The translations under genes were made by a program, and so were the position numbers. Positions 36,701 through 44,532 of a DNA stretch of 49,925 nucleotides are shown piece after piece. The stretch comes from a virus (lineage: Duplodnaviria; Caudoviricetes): the IMG/VR virus record IMGVR_UViG_3300010155_004257, positions 1-49,925 of that record, one strand, 5' to 3'. Position 1 is the stretch's first letter. Each line of letters opens with the position of its first letter. Below the pieces are notes generated by a model. It did no database searches and was not told the DNA's origin. It saw only the letters and a program-made list of their open reading frames with translations.

Positions 36701-39700
36701 CCTGAGAATATCTATTCTACGGATATGGTCAAGGTATTTAGCCAAGCTGAGCAAGAAGTATATCAGATCGATTCACGACCCATCAATTACTACTTTGCTT
36801 TCGAGAAGAGTCTATATCAAAACATCTCTGAAGAAATTCTGAACTATTTTGCAACCCTGAAGGATCTCAATACTCTTATTGGTGCACCGGTTAATCGCTA
36901 TCGTCAAGAATACAAGGGCCTCAAATTCCTCCGCCAGAAGTTCTTTGCCAACATTGCAAACGATACAATCGACTTTGATAAATTCTATGAGTTTTATAAG
37001 TGGTTTGACTCTGCACTTACTGTAATGTTGCAACAGCTTGTCCCGGCGTCTACTGATTTCGCTTCTAGTGTTCGCACAATGATCGAGAGTCATGTTTTAG
37101 AACGTAGCAAGTACCAGAGCAAGTTCCCTTTTTTGGAGAATAAGACGTCTCCGCTTATTGGCATTACAGTCGGTACTGGTAACGACTCCACCGCGGTGTG
37201 CTCACCAGAAGACTTCCCTACAGGAACTGGTTTCTTTGCTAACACAGCATACACTCGCCGCCAGATCGGTTCCTCAAATCCCGTACGGACTAAACAATGG
37301 AGTAGACTTCATGCTCCACCCGACGCCACCGAAAATAAAAATACTTATTGGTGGCGTCTTATGGCCAATAGGGCACAAAACCCTGCTCTGAAAGGTACGA
37401 ATAATGCTACTAATAATGTCCGACAGCAACTTCTAGTTGCCATTGAGCAGTCACACCGACGTCAGGCCAATTCGCCTGTGAGGTTTGGCTCCGAGGGAAG
37501 CGTGACCCTAGGCGGCATCGGGTTCCACCCGAATAAACGCCCAGCTTTTGTTATGGATGCCACTGCTCCCGCCGGTCGTCTGGTACCAGGCACGAACATT
37601 CCCGTCAACATCATGCTATCGTTCCAAAACGATGTGGAAGAACTTATTGATACTCAAGATATCTATTATCCCACCCTTAAGCAACGCCTAGGGTTCGGTA
37701 TCAACCCGGACATTAACCGTCCGGCCCCCGGATCCGCCAATAAGAGTTCAACAAAGAATCGGATGGATGGAAATATATTGGCGCCGTTTAGTCTGTACAG
37801 TTCGTCAGTCAAAACTGGATTCAATAAAGAAGTTATTTCTATGTACCACTCGGGAGTGACTATCACCAATTTGCACCACGATGTTGTGCACACCAACGAT
37901 GTCCCGATGCAAGGACCTTTTACCGAGAAGTACGTCGGCGGCTGGCAGTACCGTCACCAAAACCTGAATACTTATAAAGCATCGAACCCGGGCACGAATA
38001 ATCTAGATGATAGAAGCACCCGCGCCGAAGGGTGGATGGTCAAGTTAGGACTTTGTGAAGCAGCCGTATCCTGTGGATCAGGCGCCTTAGCCATTGTAGG
38101 CCCTCAGTACCCGGATGCATCTTCGGTTTCTGGCTCTGCTCCCAAGGGCTATCTTTTTGATCGACCGAAGGCTAACCTAGCGCGAGACGAATACGCCAAA
38201 CGGCCTGTAAATATTCGTAACATCAAAATGACTACAGGCTCCACGATCATCGGCAACTACGAGAAGAACTATCAGGTAATTAATACCGCCGGTCGTACGC
38301 AAAACGATCCATTCTTTAATGATCAGTCCTTCAATTTTGCCCCCTATCCCGAAACTCTTGCAACGAGAGGAAGGTTCCCACTTTATGAGCCCGAACCGGT
38401 CGTCGCCAAGTCGATATTATTCGACGATAGTTTGGAGACTCGCATCTACGACACCGACTACTCCGCCTGGGAGAGCGCGCTAAGTGATGTGTCCACCGAC
38501 GGCCTTACTATTTCCTTCTGGTTCAATTATAGCTCGCACACCGGCACTCCGCGAATGGTTAATCTGGGCGCCATATATGCGCACCCGTGGGATAAGGATG
38601 GATTTTCCATCTTTTTATACGACACGACCACCAAAATTAATCTTTATGCCGATCTCCTCGACGATACGGCCGCCAGCTCCTACGCGCAGGGTTCCACAAA
38701 CCTTTCTGCAGATACTTGGTATCATGCTATTGTAGAATTCCCGCCCGGAGCACTCGACGGTACCGCTGCGGAAGTACCGGCGATCTATCTTAATAATTCA
38801 CTCGAAGTCTTGGCTGGTTCCAACAACCGCGCCGACTGGTCGACTCTCAACGCCCTCGACACTGGCATCAGTCTCGGTGATCACGGCGTGCTCAGCGACC
38901 CTTATAATGGCTATTTATGCGACGTGGCTATTATTAGCAAAACCATAACTTCCGGCGAGCGAGCACTGCTCTATAATGGCGGAGAGAGAACAAATATTGC
39001 TCTAGACGGATTCGGCGCTAATCTTGTGGCATACTATCGCCTAGGCAATAAGAGCGTACAGGGGAATGCTGATTCAACCACGGGGGATATCTATAATTCA
39101 GGGGTGGATCAAGACATTCCCAACGCAACACCGGCCAACTTTACGAACACCGCTACCAACGGAATCAAGGGACAATCCCCCAGCACGATCGTGCAGGCGA
39201 CCGACTGGCCGGCCCTCTTTGGTCCATTACAAAAGCCAACCGCAAACCCCGGCGGCAACCTTAATTACGCTCTCCCTGCTCGCACAGGCTCTGCCTCAAA
39301 CCAAACAGTCATCGTCAACCGGTTTGCCGGCAGCGGCTACGAGGTAATGTCTCTGGGGTATATGGACCCAGCACACGAAGAACTGTCGGTTTACAATGCA
39401 CTTCCTTATCATAATCTCTCTCTGTTAGATTATGGTCTTTCTGGTTCAGCATCAGCCGACCCACTGGCAGCAAAAACTATCACAGTAATTGACCAAATCG
39501 ACAAGAATCGCGGCCTCGATCAGCGCGCAACCTTGCATTGTGGACAGTTCGGCCACGACGCCGCGTACGGCTCTGTGCCGGCGTCTACCTACGTGACCAC
39601 CCCGTCGTGGCATAAGACGAATAGAAACCCACGTAAGCGCATTGTGAGCGCCTCTGGAGGCTATATCACGGGGACAGTCTATGACAATCTTTACGTTCAG

Positions 39701-42700
39701 CACCAGATCCCGCGCTCGTCGCAACAATACGCATGGATAACTGCCTCTTTGGCATCTGGCTCTACGATCTTTGGGCTTGAATCTCCAAGCTGTACAACGG
39801 CAAATAGTTTGACGCAACTGATTAGCGGTACCACATATCTTGCCGGCAACTTCACCTCATCGTTTGTCTCACTTAATACTGTTGTGAGACAAGAAGTAAA
39901 TATGTCCACTCACGTTGCTGGTACTTCTTCTGTCCAACGGATCAATATCGGAACGGGTCTACTTGATATACCTCAAGCAACAAACGCTCTGACGCTGCAA
40001 CGCAATGGACCATGGGGATGGCCATCCTGGAAACAGATTCGTACTGGTGAGACCCCTGTCGCCCGAGCACTGCGTGAAAGCAACAGGATAGGAACGCTGC
40101 TTCCTGCGCCCATGGTCCCCATAGTTACACATCAGTACTCCGGATCTGAAAAGATCTCTACATCGACATCTGGTTACACTCAGGGACTCAAGAGCAGTAC
40201 ATTCGTGGATTATGTGGAACAGCCGATTGCCGGTGAGTCGCGCCCGATATACTTTAGCTTCCAAGATAACACGGAAAATTCTAATCCTATCAACAACATC
40301 GCAGTAAAAGTCAGCTATGCTAATACTTTAGATTATTTCACGCATCAGGGACTCAACAATCGTTTAGACCTAGGAAAAATAGTGGATGATGGTCATGCTT
40401 ATAACACCATCGCCAATTTTGCTGTCAGCAGCGGCCTAAGCATGGTCGCCAATTATGGCCAACGCGTTTACCCAGCTGCAGCCAATGCTTATAGTAATAC
40501 CGTACGTAGCCGTACCAATTTTAGTATTAAAAATATCTGGAATTACTCTCGCCCGGTACGAAGCTCCGCCGGCGGCCACACTGGTTCCATGGGTTTTGCC
40601 ACTTCTAGTCAAAGTATCTGGCCTATAGACGGCCATAATAACTATACGACCACATCCTCGATTGTGGGGATCAACGATGGTGCTGGAGAACTGCTAGCTA
40701 ACTATACTCGCTATGTCAAGAATGCTGAGGATGAGTTCAATGATACCGATAATACTCGCACCTTCGGTCCAGTCTATAGCATGCCGATTTCCTTGGGATC
40801 CGCCAGTGCCACATATGCTCGAAATTGTGTCGTTGCTGGCGACGCAAAGTTTGTAGCGGCCATTCAATCCGGTCGCGTTCCTTACTACGAATCTACTACT
40901 TATAATGAACGCATGCGCCTCGCCGCAAAGGATTATTCTATCATTCCAGAGTTTAGGGTGAGCGAATTGATTCCAACTTATATAGATATCAAAGAAGGCG
41001 ACTTCTTGGCACAAATTGATAATATTTTCTCTCTTACAGGAGCGTCAATTAACAATAGTTCAAACCCCGACTTCTATAAGGTCTACAGTAATTCTGACTT
41101 CCTTAAATACTTTAGGGTAGTTGACAATGATCTGCAGGAACAAAGGTCAGGTGATTTGACGATCACACGCGACAAACTCAGTCTAAGCTGCAACGCCTTC
41201 CTCAAGCTCTTGCCCTATAAGGGGTTCTTCCCAATTGAAAGAGGAGCTGAATTAGCTTCTTTATTCTCGTCATCGATGGCCGCAAGTCTTGATATGGCCG
41301 CCGGGATGACCGCGCCAAAACGAGGAGCACGCAGAATTCCAATGGAGATGATGTTTGCTCCGGGTATTCTATTCAATACTATTAAATCTGGAGTTGGAGT
41401 TTCTCATTACTGTCTCGTAAACGATAAGGACCCCACCGTGACCTCGCCTTCGCGGCAACGTTCCTTAAAGCCAGCTAATGAGGCGTATACCGACACACCG
41501 GGAATGACACATACTGTATTTCCGGAAGGCGGCCTCGCTCTTCGCGATGCTGCTATAGTGGGTGCTACTTCAGCTTCGAACAATCATGGCTTTGTAATTA
41601 ACAAGGTCCCCTTTAAGACCCTCTATCGGCCCCAAGGATTCTTTAATGAAAGAAACTTGGGCGCTCTGTCTGGGACTCTGTCAGATGGTTACGCGTGGCT
41701 TTATGACACAGCTCCGTCCCAAAGTAATCGGCCGGGGATCACTTCCTTCCTACAAAATAGCATAACTGATGCGCACAACGGCAGAGCTCAAACCGGCGCC
41801 GATATGCAAAATTTCCGCGTTGACAAAACCTATACTTTAGCCATAGATAATTTCCTCTGCGCAACACAAGATATTTTCGTAGAGAAATTTTCATCATTCG
41901 TCTCTGCACGGGAGGATAATTTTGGAGAGGCGACGTCAGGATCTGTCTATACAATGACAGTAAAGATGACTCGTACCGCTCTAGAACAAGTCGGGGAGGA
42001 AACTCCCTCAAGTTTACCCGACCGAGCAGCCTTTGATATGTACCGCCGTCAGTCGGCTTTTGGTGCACCAATTGCAGGGTCTCCACCAGACGTCAACAGT
42101 TTTCAGTCGGCAAGCTATATGCATGTGACTCCTCCCTACTTTGATGGTCCCGCCTATGCGAAGCTAGTTTATACAGCATCGTATGATGGCCGCCCTGCGC
42201 TGAGTGACATTCTCTCCGCCCTTCAGATTACTTATCTTCGCACAGCCGGTAGTGGCTCACAGACCTATGTGACCAGCAGCGCCGCCGGTAACTCCGTCTT
42301 CGGAACTCCATCACCAGGAATCATGCATCTCGACAGTACCTATAACTTTACCGAGGCAATACCAGAAGTTGTGTCGGGCACTACAGAACAGAAATTCAGG
42401 TGGATGATTCAGTCTAAGTTTGAAACGCCTGTTCTGAACGTCCTGAGCGCTAGTGTTCCCGGCGGATGGTCGCCAGCCCCACCAGTTTCTAATATGACCT
42501 CTGCTTCTTATTATAGCGGCCAAGCCAATGCAGCCACTCTCAAGACGTCTGGCCTCTGGCATCAATATGCAACAGTCCCCGCGGCCGCGAGGGAGGGAGT
42601 CTTTGTTATTATTGAAGATCAGCAGGCCTTTGCTTCCCCAGAGTCCGGCCCGCGAGCAGTAGCCGGCCGAACGCCGAATTCATTAGCACAATTAGTGGGC

Positions 42701-43525
42701 TTTGGTAGTGGTGTGAGCAAGAGAGTCGGCCGTGTTAAGAATGAGTTCCGATGGGAAGAGGCAGTCGTAGCAGTTCCGTTTGAGATAGTGGAGAACACTC
42801 GCAAATTTATAAGTCTCCTAAAGCACACAAACTCCGAGACCTATCATAAATTATCCGAGGCTATGTCTAAATATAACTTCCCGCCGAAGCTAGACTTTAC
42901 TAAATTTAATACTGTTGATCCTATTTTGATGTATGTGTTTGAATTTGGCGCAACAATGACTCAACAAGATATGGCTGATATCTGGCAAAACCTTTTACCG
43001 GATATTGGTTCCAAGTTCGAGACATCAACTGTGATCGTGGAAGAAAAGGAGCTACTTGACCTACTAGTAGAGGCCGACCGCCAAGTACAGTGGATGGTTT
43101 TCAAAGTGAAGAAACGCGTCTCCATTGATTTTGAACGACAACGACGGGCCCAACAATCTTCTAATATATCCTCGCTACCGACCTATATTCATGAGCCGTA
43201 TAGCTATAACTGGCCCTATGATTACTGTTCCCTGGTAGAACTAGCGCAGATTGAAGAAAATATACAGTGGTCATCGCGTGACCTGGATAGCGAAGAGCCA
43301 GTAGTAATTGAGTATGAGCCTCCCACCCCAGGCACCAGCCCCGGCCCGCCGGCAGCCCCTCCGCCATTCCACTGGGAGTCGGCCAACCCCAACGTGGTCA
43401 CACTGCCGACCCAACCACCCCAGTTAGCACAACAGAACCCGGAGGAGATTAGCACGCCACCAAAGTTTGATATTCAAAAAGCGAAACCACCAAAGTTTGA
43501 CCCAAAGGCCGGGTCTGGGCGTTGA
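33740..43525 (+). CDS. Giant (3261 aa) baseplate/tail structural protein with LamG-like domains
   Basis: LamG motifs (SVEFW, DDKWHHY, FYVDG, LDEFRYW; TISFW, DTWYH, NLVAYYRL), a wedge-like NNLSYIYKTKGT..S...L..CFG segment and a Pro-rich tail. Confidence 0.85.
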   Translation: MSLKNYFATAERVNSVSGLTGQQIGGEVESVGYHEQDIIFEQRMIPRVDFSKPENFARYGLATEYYDGALKRIYGSFPYDGSRQERLEWENESLDIDLYIYENLYPRTNGYIIFSAEGWGTGNMADGYGSSSTNEYIHFYGGPHANDTGFTPYATKFTGSNYYEPAKNRESNLKYDIADNGVSVEFWLKKKAFNLSDTEKEVIFDLWNGQPSSSADYGRLRIQLTGATSGLSPFRVTLLSGSTGIYDTSVGAATFTSASVADDKWHHYGFTFKSASAGLQTRFYVDGELNNEVITGSGFQEVTGALQAYIGALIAAPSASTALAGYGKMSASLDEFRYWKTQRSSKGIGRYWFTQVGGGTNTDPEPFVDNVGDVNTLLGVYFKFNEGVTGVTRTDSTVLDYSGRITNGSWTGYTPSSRNTGSAIVISNAAIKEYRDPIIYSFHPAVVALSSSLELTGSDYDASNAANIYNSIPQWIREEDEEGQNNTRYLTQIMASYFDDFQLKARALTDLKSVEYPSGSQKPLPFAARLLNSHGFVAPDIFLDADVLEKLADRSEFRVYEKTLSDIKNTIYQNIYNNLSYIYKTKGTEKSFRNLIRCFGIDDELVKINLYASDVESELRSNRKNIAVSDKFVNFNTNQNAPGTVVQYQNPGDTVNTAGYISGSGNLRNGYAFTLEAEVLFPQKIPVSSPGYENTNIISSSLFGVHGNAGVDEATPRWPGYAGNEDVVNFQVYAVRDELSSDNVRFMLTGTSGLTTVVPRLVSSLFEDVYADSNWNLAVRVRPENYPYTNVAGVTATNYIVELHGINVDSGVVLNEFTVTGALASPGVGREYAFVTGSRRVYAGAHRTNFTGTLRTPSDVKLNSCRYWLTYLDDATLAAHGHDTANAGTMNPHFYAFPFNSSASFGEVVDLDTLVFNWEFSTNTSSNGLGQFNVADESSGSNAVAGATNGWLGSLLNQQYSARGFDFTPSSTTAIDKDYVIAARQTLPENIYSTDMVKVFSQAEQEVYQIDSRPINYYFAFEKSLYQNISEEILNYFATLKDLNTLIGAPVNRYRQEYKGLKFLRQKFFANIANDTIDFDKFYEFYKWFDSALTVMLQQLVPASTDFASSVRTMIESHVLERSKYQSKFPFLENKTSPLIGITVGTGNDSTAVCSPEDFPTGTGFFANTAYTRRQIGSSNPVRTKQWSRLHAPPDATENKNTYWWRLMANRAQNPALKGTNNATNNVRQQLLVAIEQSHRRQANSPVRFGSEGSVTLGGIGFHPNKRPAFVMDATAPAGRLVPGTNIPVNIMLSFQNDVEELIDTQDIYYPTLKQRLGFGINPDINRPAPGSANKSSTKNRMDGNILAPFSLYSSSVKTGFNKEVISMYHSGVTITNLHHDVVHTNDVPMQGPFTEKYVGGWQYRHQNLNTYKASNPGTNNLDDRSTRAEGWMVKLGLCEAAVSCGSGALAIVGPQYPDASSVSGSAPKGYLFDRPKANLARDEYAKRPVNIRNIKMTTGSTIIGNYEKNYQVINTAGRTQNDPFFNDQSFNFAPYPETLATRGRFPLYEPEPVVAKSILFDDSLETRIYDTDYSAWESALSDVSTDGLTISFWFNYSSHTGTPRMVNLGAIYAHPWDKDGFSIFLYDTTTKINLYADLLDDTAASSYAQGSTNLSADTWYHAIVEFPPGALDGTAAEVPAIYLNNSLEVLAGSNNRADWSTLNALDTGISLGDHGVLSDPYNGYLCDVAIISKTITSGERALLYNGGERTNIALDGFGANLVAYYRLGNKSVQGNADSTTGDIYNSGVDQDIPNATPANFTNTATNGIKGQSPSTIVQATDWPALFGPLQKPTANPGGNLNYALPARTGSASNQTVIVNRFAGSGYEVMSLGYMDPAHEELSVYNALPYHNLSLLDYGLSGSASADPLAAKTITVIDQIDKNRGLDQRATLHCGQFGHDAAYGSVPASTYVTTPSWHKTNRNPRKRIVSASGGYITGTVYDNLYVQHQIPRSSQQYAWITASLASGSTIFGLESPSCTTANSLTQLISGTTYLAGNFTSSFVSLNTVVRQEVNMSTHVAGTSSVQRINIGTGLLDIPQATNALTLQRNGPWGWPSWKQIRTGETPVARALRESNRIGTLLPAPMVPIVTHQYSGSEKISTSTSGYTQGLKSSTFVDYVEQPIAGESRPIYFSFQDNTENSNPINNIAVKVSYANTLDYFTHQGLNNRLDLGKIVDDGHAYNTIANFAVSSGLSMVANYGQRVYPAAANAYSNTVRSRTNFSIKNIWNYSRPVRSSAGGHTGSMGFATSSQSIWPIDGHNNYTTTSSIVGINDGAGELLANYTRYVKNAEDEFNDTDNTRTFGPVYSMPISLGSASATYARNCVVAGDAKFVAAIQSGRVPYYESTTYNERMRLAAKDYSIIPEFRVSELIPTYIDIKEGDFLAQIDNIFSLTGASINNSSNPDFYKVYSNSDFLKYFRVVDNDLQEQRSGDLTITRDKLSLSCNAFLKLLPYKGFFPIERGAELASLFSSSMAASLDMAAGMTAPKRGARRIPMEMMFAPGILFNTIKSGVGVSHYCLVNDKDPTVTSPSRQRSLKPANEAYTDTPGMTHTVFPEGGLALRDAAIVGATSASNNHGFVINKVPFKTLYRPQGFFNERNLGALSGTLSDGYAWLYDTAPSQSNRPGITSFLQNSITDAHNGRAQTGADMQNFRVDKTYTLAIDNFLCATQDIFVEKFSSFVSAREDNFGEATSGSVYTMTVKMTRTALEQVGEETPSSLPDRAAFDMYRRQSAFGAPIAGSPPDVNSFQSASYMHVTPPYFDGPAYAKLVYTASYDGRPALSDILSALQITYLRTAGSGSQTYVTSSAAGNSVFGTPSPGIMHLDSTYNFTEAIPEVVSGTTEQKFRWMIQSKFETPVLNVLSASVPGGWSPAPPVSNMTSASYYSGQANAATLKTSGLWHQYATVPAAAREGVFVIIEDQQAFASPESGPRAVAGRTPNSLAQLVGFGSGVSKRVGRVKNEFRWEEAVVAVPFEIVENTRKFISLLKHTNSETYHKLSEAMSKYNFPPKLDFTKFNTVDPILMYVFEFGATMTQQDMADIWQNLLPDIGSKFETSTVIVEEKELLDLLVEADRQVQWMVFKVKKRVSIDFERQRRAQQSSNISSLPTYIHEPYSYNWPYDYCSLVELAQIEENIQWSSRDLDSEEPVVIEYEPPTPGTSPGPPAAPPPFHWESANPNVVTLPTQPPQLAQQNPEEISTPPKFDIQKAKPPKFDPKAGSGR
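43457..43500 (+). repeat. 14-nt direct repeat CCACCAAAGTTTGA x2 (encodes PPKFD twice)
   Basis: Copies at 43457-43470 and 43487-43500, 30-nt period. Confidence 0.8.
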
Positions 43526-43536
43526 GGAGATAAGAT

Positions 43537-44532
43537 ATGGAATTTTTCAATAAAAAAGAAGAGGTATTAGAACTGCAACTCACCGAGTACGGGAAGTATT
43601 TGCTTTCTCAAGGCGCCCTTAACCCCTCCTATTATGCATTTTTTGATGATGATATTCTCTATAATGATAAATATGCCGACGCGTCCGGTTCCATCGCCGG
43701 GATACGGGGAGAATTACAAAATAAAACCGACCAGCGGATCCGCTATGAGACTCCTAACTTAAAGGTTATTTCTAATCGATCCGGCGCCCAAACTCGAGTC
43801 GACGAGTTTCTCTCTATAATAGACCCCAACCTCCTTCAGGACAACTCCGTACCGACTAACCCGGTAGATAGCTTTACGATGCAACAACCCTTTGAGAATG
43901 TCACAAATCTCGCTGCATTCGCTCTGGGCACGTCACTCCTAACTTCGCAGTATGATGCGGCCTGGTCGGTTAATCTTCTAAACAATAACGATACCGTTAT
44001 TTCGTCGAGTGAGGGATACATCGTTACTAATCTCACCAGTAGCTTTATTACAGCTAGTTTGAATGGAGTAATCACGGAAATCCCTCAGGTCAATATTGAT
44101 TTAGATTATCAAACATATTTTAGCCCTCTCGACGATGAAAGAGCTATTAGTACAACACTGCCCACTGGCTCGGGCGGCGCGACACCTGCAACACTATCGT
44201 TGATCAAGAATTATTTAGTACTTGACATTCTTGAGAAGAACACGGAATTTGAAAGAGAAAACTTTGATATAGAGGTTTATCATGTGTCAACGGATAGTAT
44301 CCTTACACAACTTAACTTCATACCAGAGTCTCCGGAAATCTTGAGCCCTAATTCATTGCTCTCTGGTGAAGTGGCAAATGCAGAATATTATATGAATATT
44401 TATCGCGATGAGAATATTCCACATGAGATTCTAAATACTGTGGGCCTTACCCGAAGAGCAATTCGATCGAACTCCGATCGTCTCAACATTGTTCGTGACT
44501 TGTATAATACTATTGACGAGGAGCCGTGCTAA
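43537..44532 (+). CDS. Probable virion structural protein
   Basis: N-terminal LQLTEYGKYLL..G.....YAFFDDDILY recalls tail/baseplate attachment-protein N-termini; GAGGAG SD upstream. Confidence 0.65.
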   Translation: MEFFNKKEEVLELQLTEYGKYLLSQGALNPSYYAFFDDDILYNDKYADASGSIAGIRGELQNKTDQRIRYETPNLKVISNRSGAQTRVDEFLSIIDPNLLQDNSVPTNPVDSFTMQQPFENVTNLAAFALGTSLLTSQYDAAWSVNLLNNNDTVISSSEGYIVTNLTSSFITASLNGVITEIPQVNIDLDYQTYFSPLDDERAISTTLPTGSGGATPATLSLIKNYLVLDILEKNTEFERENFDIEVYHVSTDSILTQLNFIPESPEILSPNSLLSGEVANAEYYMNIYRDENIPHEILNTVGLTRRAIRSNSDRLNIVRDLYNTIDEEPC

